NCBI GenBank assembly: GCA_963841735.1
Contig: CAWJDT010000001.1
Location: 928,001-992,000, forward strand
Reading direction: 5' to 3'
From: an uncultured Actinomycetes bacterium
GTDB lineage: Bacteria; Actinomycetota; Thermoleophilia; RBG-16-64-13
DNA: 64,000 bases
Shown here piece by piece: positions 1 to 10,380 of the stretch; the first letter of the stretch is position 1, and the number at the start of each line of letters is the position of its first letter. The position numbers and the translations under genes are program-made. Under the pieces are notes generated by a model, which saw only the letters and a list, made by a program, of their open reading frames with translations, had not been told where the DNA came from and did not search any database.

Positions 1-734
1 GCCGCGGGCCGGGCTGTAGGTCCGGCGGCAGGTCCGGCGAGTCCCATCAAGATGTCTGCCAGCAGCCAGTCGTCCTCGGTGTCGATATCAAGGCCGTGGG
101 TCCAGGCTATCTCCCAGCCCGTCCTACCCGGCAGGTGGAAGGTCCCCTCGCGTCGCACCGCGCTGGTTTGTGCCCACCACACGGCGCCAGTGGGGCAGAA
201 GAGCTCCGGCAGGTCTTGACTACGCTGGGTCAAGGACTCCGGAAACAGCGGTTCGAGGGCCATATCCGAGTCGCGACGCAGTGCCCACCAGGGATTCTGC
301 CAGCCGTAGCGCACCACTGAAATCTGAGAGTCTGGGCCGGTGTCGACAAACTGCCTGTAGCTTGCCGCGACATCGTCGGCGGTGCGCAGGGGGCAGTTGG
401 GCATCAACTGGCATACGTGCGCATAGGTCTGTCCGTGGGGATCGAGGCGCTCAAGGACGTCGATAGTGGCGGCCGACACGGGTGTCACATCGTCGGCTAG
501 GGCCGGGTCGCGTACGAAAGGGACCTCCGCTCCGTGGGCGCGGGCCAACTCGGCGATGTCGCTGCTGTCGGTCGTCACCACCACTCGGTCGAAGAGGCCG
601 CTGTCGAGGGCCGCTTCCACGGTGTAGGCGAGCAGGGGCCTTCCGCGCATGGGGCGCACGTTTTTCTTGGGGACTCGTTTTGAGCCCCCTCTCGCCGGGA
701 TAACCGCTAGATTGAGCGCTGCGCCTGGCATCAT
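1..734 (-). CDS. Acylneuraminate (CMP-nonulosonate) cytidylyltransferase, NeuA/PseF/LegF family; 3' end runs off the window
   Basis: Not in the ORF track because it has no stop in the window. Manual translation from ATG 734 gives MMPGAALNLAVIPARGGSKRVPKKN...TTD...PNCPLR...DIDTEDDW, the family motifs. ATGA overlap with the upstream gene. Confidence 0.9.
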   Translation of the reverse strand, partial: MMPGAALNLAVIPARGGSKRVPKKNVRPMRGRPLLAYTVEAALDSGLFDRVVVTTDSSDIAELARAHGAEVPFVRDPALADDVTPVSAATIDVLERLDPHGQTYAHVCQLMPNCPLRTADDVAASYRQFVDTGPDSQISVVRYGWQNPWWALRRDSDMALEPLFPESLTQRSQDLPELFCPTGAVWWAQTSAVRREGTFHLPGRTGWEIAWTHGLDIDTEDDWLLADILMGLAGPAAGPTARPA

Positions 735-2185
735 GCCTGGGATCCCGCCTTTCCGGCCATTTCCTTGACGAGGTCACCTATCAATCGGGCAGATTCGCCA
801 CCGAAAGCGTGGCAGAAGTCAGAGACATAGCCTTCGGCCGCCTCAGACCGCGCCGCGCGGTAGTCGCCGTCTTCCAGCAGCCGGCGGAGCAGGCCTGAGA
901 GTTCCTCGGGGCCGCGGGCATGGGGGCAGCCCGCCCGCTGGACGAGGTCGCGGTCGTTTCCTGCCAGTTCTCCCTCGGGATCGAGTACGATCACAGCACG
1001 TCTCTTCACCAAGGCGTCACTGCCCACGCCGCTACCCCGCACCACCACGACATCGGCTGCCGCCAGCGACTCGTCAAGAGTAGAACCGGTGTTCTCCATG
1101 AAGCGGACCAGCGGGTGGCGCTCAGCCACCTTCGCGTACGTGAGCCTGCTCTCGGCGGGATGAAGGCGGACCATGCCAAGGACGCCGGGCGTGGATTCGA
1201 CAGACGCGCAGAATTGCTCGGCCAGCGTTAGGTGTCCCCGGTCGGGAGAAGTCGCAAGGAGGGCCACGCGTGCGTTCGGCTCAATGCCCAACCGGGTTCT
1301 TGCTTCCTGCCGGGAGCAGGAGAGGTCGCGTGTAAGTCGGGGGCATCCTCCCACGACTATGCGCTCAGGGGGCTCACCGGCGGCCAGGAGTTTCCTCTTG
1401 TCGGCCTCCCCCCAGCAGACGATGCGGTCGGCCAGCACAGGCGCGAAGCCAATCGCCTCGGCACCCATCACGCCGTGGACCAGGGTGACGGTGGGTATCT
1501 GCAGGATCCCAGCTGCCAGGACGAGGCACGACCAGAGCTTGTTGCGGTCGTATTCGGTCAGAATGGCAGCCGGTCTGTTCTCCGTGAGAAAGCCTAGAAA
1601 GCCTTCGATCCGCTGACTCGCGACTGTGAGGGCCAACGACAGCAGGGCGAAAGTCCCGGGTGGCAGGTGATAGCGGCGGCACACGTCCTTGAGTGAGCGG
1701 TGCCACTCTGGACGACAGCTGCGGTATTGCCGCCGCCAATCATCAGTTCGCAGGCCCATTGCCCGCTCCCAGTAGAAAGCCGGGACACCTGGGGGAAGTG
1801 TGGGGGTGGCACCGCTCTGCCCGAGCAGCACCAGTGCGTGTTCGCTCCCGATCTCTCGCAGCACCGGCAGGAGCAACTCGTCGAGGCGGGGGGTCGACGT
1901 GTACCAGGTCATCAATATCCGGTCGCGGGCGTGGGCGGCGGCGACTCGGTCTCCGAGCCGGGGATGCAGCCGGTGCCGCACTCTTCTGGCCTGGGTCAGC
2001 CCCCTTGTACTCAGCCGCTGGTCTGAGTGTCCCCAGAAAAGGTTGATGACCAAGCTTTCGTTGATGGTCTCCCCTATTGGCACGCCCCTGTACTGCAGTC
2101 GCGACAGCTCCGCACACAGTTCACGAAATACCGAGGGCGTTAGACTCGGGGCGTCAGGCTGGGGTCTTTCTCGGTTGCCTATCAC
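731..2185 (-). CDS. Putative glycosyltransferase / capsule biosynthesis protein (GT-B-like; candidate nonulosonate transferase)
   Basis: HG motif, D-x-I-x-CWG, GCPR, RLHP and SGVG.DA motifs. Probable GTG start at 2185 overlaps the upstream stop (GTGA). Confidence 0.6.
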   Translation of the reverse strand: MIGNRERPQPDAPSLTPSVFRELCAELSRLQYRGVPIGETINESLVINLFWGHSDQRLSTRGLTQARRVRHRLHPRLGDRVAAAHARDRILMTWYTSTPRLDELLLPVLREIGSEHALVLLGQSGATPTLPPGVPAFYWERAMGLRTDDWRRQYRSCRPEWHRSLKDVCRRYHLPPGTFALLSLALTVASQRIEGFLGFLTENRPAAILTEYDRNKLWSCLVLAAGILQIPTVTLVHGVMGAEAIGFAPVLADRIVCWGEADKRKLLAAGEPPERIVVGGCPRLTRDLSCSRQEARTRLGIEPNARVALLATSPDRGHLTLAEQFCASVESTPGVLGMVRLHPAESRLTYAKVAERHPLVRFMENTGSTLDESLAAADVVVVRGSGVGSDALVKRRAVIVLDPEGELAGNDRDLVQRAGCPHARGPEELSGLLRRLLEDGDYRAARSEAAEGYVSDFCHAFGGESARLIGDLVKEMAGKAGSQA

Positions 2186-2823
2186 CCGGTCCTCCTGGCG
2201 GGGGCGCCCACGTAGGTGCCTGGGGTGGTCAGATCGGCCGTGACCACTGACCCGGCGCCGATGAGGCAGCCACCGCATATACTCAGGCCTTGGATGACCA
2301 CCGCTCCGGCCCCCACGATGCAGTCACTGCCGATGGTGACACCGCCGCTGATCGTGGCGCCAGGAGCGATGTGAACGTCGTCGCCAAGGCGGCAGTCGTG
2401 CTCGACGGTGGCGTTGGTGTTGACGATGCAGCTCCGGCCGGTGACGGTGCCGGTATTGATCACCGCTCCGTCGAAAACCACGGTGCCGTCACTCAACTCC
2501 ACTCCGGTATTCACCAACCCGTGCGGTGAGACGATAGCCGGGAAGGTGAAACCCAGAGATTCAATATGGAGCTGAAGTCGCGATCTGGTGGTAGATACGC
2601 TGATCTTGCCCACCCCTAGCGCGCCCGCGCAGGCAGGGTGGCTGCGGTAGATGTCCGGAAGGAGCCGGTCGTCGCCCAGGTAGGGCGCCTCCAGAAGGAC
2701 GCCCCGATCCTCGGCGTCTGTATACCCGACGATCTCCCAGGAGGTCTTTCGCAGTACAGTCATGAGGACCCTCGCATGCCCGCCCCCACCGACGACGACG
2801 ATTCTCCCAGCCACATGGCTCAT
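2182..2823 (-). CDS. Sugar acetyltransferase, NeuD/PglD family
   Basis: N-terminal GGGGHA motif, hexapeptide repeats, VEHDC motif, C-terminal GAPA. Confidence 0.9.
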   Translation of the reverse strand: MSHVAGRIVVVGGGGHARVLMTVLRKTSWEIVGYTDAEDRGVLLEAPYLGDDRLLPDIYRSHPACAGALGVGKISVSTTRSRLQLHIESLGFTFPAIVSPHGLVNTGVELSDGTVVFDGAVINTGTVTGRSCIVNTNATVEHDCRLGDDVHIAPGATISGGVTIGSDCIVGAGAVVIQGLSICGGCLIGAGSVVTADLTTPGTYVGAPARRTG

Positions 2824-2934
2824 CGACCACTCTCCTGATCGCGCATCGGATTCGGGCCCCGCTTTGAGAGGCTACTCTGGGACTGATGCTCCAAACCAAC
2901 AGATAACATACCTCGGCCTATCATGCGTGGTTCA

Positions 2935-4296
2935 TTAGAGGACCGGCCGGTTGCCCTGCAACCGCTCCCTGCGCTGCAGGTAGAGGATGAACAGATAGCT
3001 GGCGACCACATAGACCAGTCGGCCCACCAGCATGGCCTGGGGGAAGACGACCAGCTCTACCGTGTGCCGGATCAGCAAGAGCAGGGTGCCGACAAAGGCT
3101 CCTATTGCCAAGATCAAGCCGGCCACGTAGAGGTCTTGGCGCCTGACTACGTTGAAGACCGCGGTAAGAGCTTGGAAGGTTGCTACCCAAGGAATAAGGA
3201 GGCCCCACTGTATCGCCGGCACGGCGTCAACATACTGAGGGATGACCAGGCGTACAAGTGGTCCCGCCGCGAACCAGCCGGCCACTACCACCACGGACAG
3301 ACCCGCGAACGTGGCCAGCATCGGCTTTTGGGCGATCCTGATAAGACGCCTTATGCTGCAACCGGCCCCGTACTCCTGAGCCATGCGGGGGTATATCACC
3401 TGAGAGACCGCCAATGGCACGACCTCCAAGGCCGAGATGGCCACCAGGACCATCGCGTAGAGACCCATCCCCCGGGTACCCGTGAGCCTGAGCACCAGGG
3501 TGGAGGTAGTCACCCCTATCCAGAGTCCGTACACCTGACCGCCGGCGAAGATGGGCGCGCCGATCTTGAGGAGGTGTTTCAGATTGCCCCAGTTCCAGCG
3601 CGGGCCCACCCGCACCGGGCGCCAGCGGTAGAGAAGAGTCGTGCTCACGGCGGCTGCCAGCACCATCCGTACGCACAGGCCGTAGAAGCCCATGAAGGCC
3701 ACAAAGACCAATCCCGCCAGGCTGGCGGCCCCCTCGACCACATTCGCCCGAGCCAACTTGACGAAGTCGTGGGCGCTGCGGAAGGTCATCTGCAGATAGA
3801 GCGAGCCGTAGAAGAGGAACACTGCCAGGATCGCGTTGGTGAACCAGCCGGCCGCCTTCAACATCTCTCCCTCGGCGAGCTGCCATATGGCTACTCCTGT
3901 GAGGGCGACGAAGACAACCGCTCCCACAGCCAGGGCCCAGGCTTGGGCGGCTGAGGCGAGACTTTCGGCCTGCTTCACGTCTCCCTTGCCCATGAAGAAA
4001 GGGAGTTCTCGGTTGAGCCCGTTGAGGATGCCCAGTTGTGCGTTGACCGCGTAACCAAGCACTAGGCCGATGCCGGCGAAGAGACCCAGGGTGGAGGGAG
4101 CCACCATCCGTCCCAGGAGGACCCCACCGATCAGGCGCATGGCCATGGCTACCAGGTTGCCGCCGGCCAGAGAGCCGGCGAGGAAGAACACGGACCGGTG
4201 CTGCGAAGTCTGCGTCGGCAGAGCTTCGGCAGGCAGCTTCGTGGGCTCGGTTGGGTCCACAAAGTCGATGTCGCGACCGTCCATCAGAGGGTCCAT
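2935..4296 (-). CDS. Oligosaccharide flippase (Wzx/MOP family)
   Basis: About 12 hydrophobic segments, G-x-Y and YPRM motifs, location inside the glycan cluster. Confidence 0.8.
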   Translation of the reverse strand: MDPLMDGRDIDFVDPTEPTKLPAEALPTQTSQHRSVFFLAGSLAGGNLVAMAMRLIGGVLLGRMVAPSTLGLFAGIGLVLGYAVNAQLGILNGLNRELPFFMGKGDVKQAESLASAAQAWALAVGAVVFVALTGVAIWQLAEGEMLKAAGWFTNAILAVFLFYGSLYLQMTFRSAHDFVKLARANVVEGAASLAGLVFVAFMGFYGLCVRMVLAAAVSTTLLYRWRPVRVGPRWNWGNLKHLLKIGAPIFAGGQVYGLWIGVTTSTLVLRLTGTRGMGLYAMVLVAISALEVVPLAVSQVIYPRMAQEYGAGCSIRRLIRIAQKPMLATFAGLSVVVVAGWFAAGPLVRLVIPQYVDAVPAIQWGLLIPWVATFQALTAVFNVVRRQDLYVAGLILAIGAFVGTLLLLIRHTVELVVFPQAMLVGRLVYVVASYLFILYLQRRERLQGNRPVL

Positions 4297-4330
4297 TGCG
4301 GCCGCCCTTGCTCTTGCCTTGGTGGAAGAA

Positions 4331-5479
4331 TCAGACCGACGGGGTCTGAGGCCTCGGGTCCGTCTTGTCTATGAGCGCCACGACTTCCGCGATCTGCTCG
4401 GGCGTTAGCGAGAGAGAGCAAGGCAGGTTGAGCAGCGTCTCATAGAAGCGCGGTGCGTTGGTGATCTGGTAGGCCTGCATGCCCTGGTAGGGCTTTTGTA
4501 GGTGGTTGAGATGCCAGAGGGGGCGCACTTGGATGTCGGCGGCCGCAGAGGCCGTCATCAGCTCAGCTTTGGTTTGGGGGCTGGAGCAGAGAAATCCGTA
4601 GAACCAGCGGTTTGACTCGCTCCACGAGGGCTGCTGGACCAAGCGCTCCGGCCCCAAGGACCGCTCGTATTGGGCGAAGTTGGCGCGCTTGGTTACGAGG
4701 CGCTCTTCTAGGGTCTCCAACTGCGCGAGGCCGATGGCGGCCAAGATGTTGTTCATGCGGTAGTTGTATCCCACGCTGTTGTGGACGTATTCCACGCCGT
4801 CCTCCTTGGCCTGGGTGGTGAGGTACCTGGCCTGGCGGGCGACCGCGTCGTCGTTGGTTAGAATGGCGCCGCCACCGCCTGCGGTGACGATCTTGTTGCC
4901 ATTGAAGCTCAAGCAGCCGATAGCCGCGAGGCCTCCGCACTGTCTGCCTCTGTAGAGCGAGCCGAGCGATTCACTGGCGTCTTCCACCACGGCCAGGCCG
5001 TACTCGGCCGCCAATTCCAGGAGAGGGTCCATGTCGACCGAGGTGCCGAAGATGTGCACCGGTACTATGGCGGCGACTCTCCGGCCCGAACCGCGGTTGG
5101 TCGTGCGACCGTTTTGCACGGTGCACTCCTCCGCCAGGAAGCGCCTCACGGCTTCGACGTCCATGTTGCAGTACTCGTCACAGTCGACGAACACCGGCCA
5201 CGCGTTCACATAGCGCACCGCGTTCACGGGCGCGATGAAGGTCACGGTGGGTACTATGACCTCGTCATCGGCGTGTACTCCCGAGAGCAGCAGCGAGATG
5301 TGCAGGGCCGATGTTCCGCAGTTGCAGGCGACCGCGTGCTTCACTCCGATGTGGTCGGTCAGTGCCTCCTCCATGAGGCGGATGTACTCCCCGTTGGAGG
5401 AGATCCACGTGGTGTCTATGCAGCGCGTAACGTACGCCAGTTCATTCTTGCCCAAAAACGGCTCGGAAAGCGGAATCAT
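4331..5479 (-). CDS. LegC-like DegT family PLP aminotransferase
   Basis: GTSALH, EDASESLGS, SFNGNKIVT, GYNYRM and RPLW motifs typical of the LegC subgroup. Confidence 0.85.
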   Translation of the reverse strand: MIPLSEPFLGKNELAYVTRCIDTTWISSNGEYIRLMEEALTDHIGVKHAVACNCGTSALHISLLLSGVHADDEVIVPTVTFIAPVNAVRYVNAWPVFVDCDEYCNMDVEAVRRFLAEECTVQNGRTTNRGSGRRVAAIVPVHIFGTSVDMDPLLELAAEYGLAVVEDASESLGSLYRGRQCGGLAAIGCLSFNGNKIVTAGGGGAILTNDDAVARQARYLTTQAKEDGVEYVHNSVGYNYRMNNILAAIGLAQLETLEERLVTKRANFAQYERSLGPERLVQQPSWSESNRWFYGFLCSSPQTKAELMTASAAADIQVRPLWHLNHLQKPYQGMQAYQITNAPRFYETLLNLPCSLSLTPEQIAEVVALIDKTDPRPQTPSV

Positions 5480-5491
5480 GCCCCGATCCCC

Positions 5492-5616
5492 CTAGGAGTT
5501 CGTGTATCTCGCGGCATAGGGGTCGGTGATCAGGCCGTCCCCGAAAGCGACAGCAGCTCCCGAGAGACCATGGAGCCGATGTATCCGGCGCCTCCTGTGA
5601 CCAATACTGTGCTCAC
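5492..5616 (-). pseudogene. Internally deleted NAD-dependent epimerase/dehydratase remnant
   Basis: GGAGG RBS then GTG gives MSTVLVTGGAGYIGSMVSRELL (GxxGxxG motif) with a stop after 28 aa. A second frame encodes VAFGDGLITDPYAARYTNS*, ending 12 bp before the LegC-like start. Confidence 0.75.
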
Positions 5617-5753
5617 GGTGCCTCCGTCGGTTCATACTGCTGCAATCCCACTACTATCGGTCAGTCTACCAACTAATCGCAAGTGGGCTTTGCTTGACTT
5701 ATACTCGTATATGGGCGGAGCACCTGCTTCTGAAGCGAGGAGACTCACGGGCA

Positions 5754-6335
5754 ATGGCGAGAAGGATCATCGACGTGACGCTGGCTGTTATCGGTGTGGT
5801 GCTGGCGTCCCCCCTCCTGGTCGCCATCGCTGTTCTCGTGCGAGCGAAGGACGGTTCGCCTGTGATCTACAAGGCCATCCGGGTAGGTCAGAACGGGCGG
5901 CTCTTTCACCTCTTCAAGTTCCGTACTATGGTCTCCTCGGAAGGTTCGTTGGTGACCGGCTGGGCCGACCCGCGCGTGACTCAGCTCGGGCGGAAGCTTC
6001 GGCGGCTCAAGCTTGATGAACTGCCTCAGCTGGTGAATGTTCTGCTCGGCGACATGAGCTTCGTAGGGCCTCGTCCGGAAGACCCGGCGTATGTGTCGCT
6101 CTACACCGAGGAGCAGCGTCGAGTGCTCTCCGTTAGGCCCGGGATAACCGGCGTTGCGGCCCTCGAATACTCGGATGAGGAATCTCTGCTGCGCGGCGAT
6201 GATTGGGAAAAGTCATACAGGGAAAGCATCATGCCGGCCAAACTCAAGCTCGAAATGGACTACCTGGCTCGGCGGTCTTTCTTGGCGGATGCGCAGATAG
6301 TGCTTCGGACGCTGGTCAAGCTGGTCGCTCACTAG
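5754..6335 (+). CDS. Initiating sugar phosphotransferase (PglC / Bac_transf family)
   Basis: FKFRTM, DPRVT, LDELPQL and VGPRP motifs. Single N-terminal hydrophobic helix. Start placed at ATG 5754. Confidence 0.92.
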   Translation: MARRIIDVTLAVIGVVLASPLLVAIAVLVRAKDGSPVIYKAIRVGQNGRLFHLFKFRTMVSSEGSLVTGWADPRVTQLGRKLRRLKLDELPQLVNVLLGDMSFVGPRPEDPAYVSLYTEEQRRVLSVRPGITGVAALEYSDEESLLRGDDWEKSYRESIMPAKLKLEMDYLARRSFLADAQIVLRTLVKLVAH

Positions 6336-6355
6336 GGGAGCGCGCGGCGGTGGAC

Positions 6356-7546
6356 TCAGGCTTGAAACGTCCCCACGACATCGGTTACCGCCTCAATGAC
6401 GTCGGCAACATCGCTGTCGGTCATCGCACTGTAGATGGGTAGCGACACTTCCCTCTGGTACTCGCGATTGGCCACGGGGAAGTCGTCTGGCCTCAGATCA
6501 TAAGTATCCCGGTAGTAAGGGTGCAGGTGGAGGGGGATGAAATGTACGCTGGTTCCGATGTTCCTCGCCCGCAACTCCTCGATGAAGCGCCCCCTGTCGA
6601 TGGAGAGCCGTCGCAGTGTCAGCCTCAACGCGTAGAGGTGCCAGGAGTGTTGCACCCAGGGCCGTGCCGTCGGGATCTCCACTTGCGGCAGTTCGGCGAA
6701 CACCTCTGTGTAGCGGGCGGCGATCTCGGTCCGTCGCCGGTTCATGGTGTCGAGCCTCCTGAGCTGCGCTAGGCCCATGGCCGCGGCAACATCGGTCAGG
6801 TTGTACTTGAAGCCTGGGGCGAGGATCTCGTAGTACCAGGAGCCTTCCGCGGTGTACCGGTTCCACGCATTCTTGCTTATGCCGTGCAGGGACATCAAGC
6901 GGCAGCGGTCGGCCAGCGCTTCGTCGTCGGTGCAGATCATGCCGCCTTCGCCCGTCGTCATGGTCTTGGTCGCATAGAAGCTGAAACAGGTCAATTGAGG
7001 CGAGTCGCCCAGGCCAGACCGCCGCGAGCCAATGGTCGTGCCGCGGTAGGTAGCCGGCAGAGAGTGCGCCGCATCTTCGATCATGGCCAGACCATTCGCC
7101 GCGGCGAGTCGGTCGAGAGCGTCCATTTCGGCCGGGTGACCGGCCAGATGCACCGGGAGCAGTGCCCGAGTGCGTGGTCCGATTGCCGCCGCAGCAGCCT
7201 CAGGGTCGATGTTGAGGGTGTCGCTCTCTATGTCGACAAACCGGGGCTGCGCGCCGAAGTACCTGACTACTTCAGCGGTGGCCGCGAACGTGTAGGGTGT
7301 GGTGATGACCTCGTCCCCGGCGCGCAGTCCCGCTGCCTCTAGGGCAAGGTGAAGGGCTGCCGTGCAGGAGTTGACTGCCACGGCATGGGCGGCTCCCACA
7401 CGTGCGGCGAATTCGCGTTCAAGCTCATGAGTCACGGTGCCCGTTGTGATCCAGCCCGACTCGAGCACCTCGGCGATTAGGCGTAGCTCGGACCCATCGA
7501 GGTCCGGTCTCGCAAACGGAAGGAAGCTATCCCTCACGGTGTTCAT
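6356..7546 (-). CDS. DegT/DnrJ/EryC1/StrS aminotransferase
   Basis: [27 protein letters not shown] and GFKYN motifs. Confidence 0.92.
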   Translation of the reverse strand: MNTVRDSFLPFARPDLDGSELRLIAEVLESGWITTGTVTHELEREFAARVGAAHAVAVNSCTAALHLALEAAGLRAGDEVITTPYTFAATAEVVRYFGAQPRFVDIESDTLNIDPEAAAAAIGPRTRALLPVHLAGHPAEMDALDRLAAANGLAMIEDAAHSLPATYRGTTIGSRRSGLGDSPQLTCFSFYATKTMTTGEGGMICTDDEALADRCRLMSLHGISKNAWNRYTAEGSWYYEILAPGFKYNLTDVAAAMGLAQLRRLDTMNRRRTEIAARYTEVFAELPQVEIPTARPWVQHSWHLYALRLTLRRLSIDRGRFIEELRARNIGTSVHFIPLHLHPYYRDTYDLRPDDFPVANREYQREVSLPIYSAMTDSDVADVIEAVTDVVGTFQA

Positions 7547-8186
7547 CCTGGGGGAGCCTGTTTCCGGTGCCCACAATCAACTCGCCCAGCGCTGATATGA
7601 CGTACTGCTCTGCGCACCGGCTACAGGTCGTCTCGGCGCCGGGCTGCTCCGCGCCGGCAAACCTCAGCAGTTCGCCACATCGGCATACCCAACCGGTCGG
7701 TCGGGCGGGAACCCCCGCCACCAGCCGGTGAGGCGGGACATCGTGCGTGACCACAGCTCCGGCGGCCACCATCGCGTATTGTCCTATGGTGTTTCCGCAG
7801 AGCACGGTGCAGTTCGCCCCCAGGGTCGCTCCGCGGCGCACTAGTGTGGGGACGAACTCGTCGCGACGATCCACTCCGGCGCGGGGGGTGAGCACGTTGG
7901 TGAATACCATCGACGGGCCGCAAAAGACGTGATCTTCCAACACGATCCCTGCGAAGACGGAGACGTTGTTCTGGACATGGCAGCCATCCCCGATGATCGC
8001 TCCGGCAGCCACGAAACAGTTCTGCCCGAGCACGACGCCCGTCCCTATCATGGCTCCGGCCATCACATGACAAAAATGCCAGATGGTCGTACCCCGGCCG
8101 ATCGACGCGCCTTCGTCTACCACCGCCGAAGGGTGAACGAACGGAGCCGGCATGGGATGCTCCCCTGCCTTGGGGGCACTGCTCAC
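7527..8186 (-). CDS. wbpD: WbpD/WlbB-like N-acetyltransferase
   Basis: [20 protein letters not shown] and GVPA motifs, with a C-terminal CxC...CxxC. Adjacent to wbpB- and wbpE-like genes. Confidence 0.85.
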   Translation of the reverse strand: MSSAPKAGEHPMPAPFVHPSAVVDEGASIGRGTTIWHFCHVMAGAMIGTGVVLGQNCFVAAGAIIGDGCHVQNNVSVFAGIVLEDHVFCGPSMVFTNVLTPRAGVDRRDEFVPTLVRRGATLGANCTVLCGNTIGQYAMVAAGAVVTHDVPPHRLVAGVPARPTGWVCRCGELLRFAGAEQPGAETTCSRCAEQYVISALGELIVGTGNRLPQDEHREG

Positions 8187-9172
8187 TGCTGACTCCGGCT
8201 CGGGGCGCCCGGGGTTTCCCCGGACCTGCCGGTCTCAGGGGCGCCTGGGGTGACTGGGGTGGTGCGGATGCGGTAGGCGAGCTCGATGGAGGGCCTGGCA
8301 TCGGCAATGCCAAAACCCCTTCCGGCAAGAGTGGCCCGGTAGATCTCTGTGTGGAGATCGGTGAAACCTCCGCTGAACTCCACCTCTGCACCGTCGATGG
8401 TGAGCCCACGGTGGGTGGCGCTGCCCGCTGTGAGGGCCTCCGGGGGGAGGTCGGTGCGGTCGACAGATAGCAGCCAGCGCACGTCCGCCCGTTCTAGTTC
8501 GAGGCTTCCGCTCATGCGGCGGAGACCGGATGAATGTACGCGCACTTCGCGGCAGGGCCCAAACAGCCACAGCAGCAGGTCGAGGAAGTGGATGCCTATG
8601 TTGACCGCGATGCCCCCCGACTTTTCTGGTTGTCCCTTCCACGAGACGTCGTACCAGAGGCCGCGACTTGTGACGTAGCTGAGATCCACTTGGTGACGTG
8701 GGGCAGGGGTACCGGAGGCGAGTTCCGAGGCCAGCCGGGCCTTCAGCGCCACCAATGAGGGGTGAAGTCGGAGCTGCAGCACGGTGTAGATCCGACGGCC
8801 GGTTTCTTGCTCAAGCTCCTCAAGCTGATCGAGGTTCCAGGGATTGACGACCAGGGGCTTCTCGCATATGGCGTCGGCGCCGTTGCGAAGGGCGAGGCGC
8901 ATGTGAGCGTCATGCAGATAGTTGGGCGTGCAGATGCTGACGAAGTCCACGGGCCTGCCCTGCGCTCCGCCACGTTGCTTGTAGAGAAAGCGGTCGAAGC
9001 GTTCTATCTCTGGGAAGTACCGAACGTCAAAACCCATAGAATCAAGGCGGCCGACCGCGTCGTGGGGGTCAGAGGCGGCCACCAGACGGCCGCCCACATC
9101 GCGGATGGCTTGTAGGTGTCGTGGAGCGATATAGCCCGCAACTCCCACCAGCGCAAAACTGAGTTCGCTCAT
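8183..9172 (-). CDS. wbpB: WbpB/WlbA-like UDP-GlcNAcA 3-dehydrogenase (Gfo/Idh/MocA)
   Basis: GYIAPRH, PNYLH, CEKP, WKG..EKSGG, NIGIH and GFTDLH motifs. Confidence 0.9.
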   Translation of the reverse strand: MSELSFALVGVAGYIAPRHLQAIRDVGGRLVAASDPHDAVGRLDSMGFDVRYFPEIERFDRFLYKQRGGAQGRPVDFVSICTPNYLHDAHMRLALRNGADAICEKPLVVNPWNLDQLEELEQETGRRIYTVLQLRLHPSLVALKARLASELASGTPAPRHQVDLSYVTSRGLWYDVSWKGQPEKSGGIAVNIGIHFLDLLLWLFGPCREVRVHSSGLRRMSGSLELERADVRWLLSVDRTDLPPEALTAGSATHRGLTIDGAEVEFSGGFTDLHTEIYRATLAGRGFGIADARPSIELAYRIRTTPVTPGAPETGRSGETPGAPSRSQQ

Positions 9173-10380
9173 CCCCGCCCCTTTCGGTAGAAGTCGGCGA
9201 TGACCGCCACCACCCTTTCCGCTTGGTGGTGGGTGAGCTCAGGGTAGATGGGGAGTGCCAGAGTCTGCTGGGCGGCCAGTTCGGCCTCGGGGAGGTCGCC
9301 GTGCTTGTATCCCAGGTAGGAGAAACACTCCTGAAGATGTAGCGGGATGGGGTAGTAGACCTCGCAGCCCACCCTCGTGGAGTCCAGGTGGGAGCGAAGC
9401 GCGTCGCGATCGCGGACGCGCAGGACGAACTGGTTGTAGATGTGGCGGCGGCCGGGTGCTTCGTAGGGGAGAACCACAGGCTTCGCCTCCAATGCTCGCG
9501 AACCTCCGCCCCCCCCGGGCCCGGACGTGAGCCCGGCTTCCGTGAACAGTGTTCGGTAGCGCGCGGCGTTTGCCTGCCGCGACTCCGTCCACGAGTCCAG
9601 ATGAGGAAGCTTCACCGAGAGTACCGCGGCCTGCAAGGAGTCGAGCCGGAAGTTGGCGCCAATCGTGTGGTGGACGTACTTGGGCCGGGCGCCATGAGTG
9701 CGGGTTACGTCAAGCCTCGAACCCAGATCCGGGTCTTGAGTCGTGACCGCGCCACCATCGCCCAAGCAGCCCAGGTTCTTGGAAGGGAAGAAGCTGAAGC
9801 ACCCCACGTCTCCCATCGAGCCTGCCCGCCGTCCGTCCAGCTCGGCTCCGATGGCCTGCGCGGCATCTTCCACCACCCAGAGGGCCTTATCCCGAGCGAA
9901 AGTCGATATCTGATCCATGTCTGCCATTTGACCGTAGAGATGCACTGGGATGATGCCGCGAGTCGTTGATGTGATCGCCCCGGGCAGTAGGTCTGGGTTG
10001 AGATTGAAGGTGTCGGGGTCGATGTCCACGAACACGGGCGTCGCCTTCATGCGGGCGATGGAGCCGGCTGTAGCGAAGAAGGTGTAGGGGGACGTGATTA
10101 TCGCGTCTCCGGGCTGAGTATCGAGGGCCATCAGAGCGGCCAGCAGAGCGTCGGTTCCGGAGGAGACACCGTAGGCAAAGGCCGACCCGCAGTACTTGGC
10201 AAGCTCAGCCTCAAATCTTTGGACTTCGGGGCCCATGATGAAACGCTGGGTGGCTAGGACGCCGTCGATGGCGGCGCGGATGTCTTGAGCCAAGGGAGCG
10301 TGCTGAGCCCCGAGGTCAAGCAGGGGTATGGGCTCCGTCTCCGCGGGCTGTGGATCTAGCGTGGTTCTTGCCTCACTCAC
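9169..10380 (-). CDS. WbpE/WlbC-like DegT aminotransferase
   Basis: SGTDAL, VHLYGQ, EDAAQA, SFFPSKNLG and YYPIPLHLQ motifs. Probable GTG start at 10380. Confidence 0.88.
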   Translation of the reverse strand: MSEARTTLDPQPAETEPIPLLDLGAQHAPLAQDIRAAIDGVLATQRFIMGPEVQRFEAELAKYCGSAFAYGVSSGTDALLAALMALDTQPGDAIITSPYTFFATAGSIARMKATPVFVDIDPDTFNLNPDLLPGAITSTTRGIIPVHLYGQMADMDQISTFARDKALWVVEDAAQAIGAELDGRRAGSMGDVGCFSFFPSKNLGCLGDGGAVTTQDPDLGSRLDVTRTHGARPKYVHHTIGANFRLDSLQAAVLSVKLPHLDSWTESRQANAARYRTLFTEAGLTSGPGGGGGSRALEAKPVVLPYEAPGRRHIYNQFVLRVRDRDALRSHLDSTRVGCEVYYPIPLHLQECFSYLGYKHGDLPEAELAAQQTLALPIYPELTHHQAERVVAVIADFYRKGRG

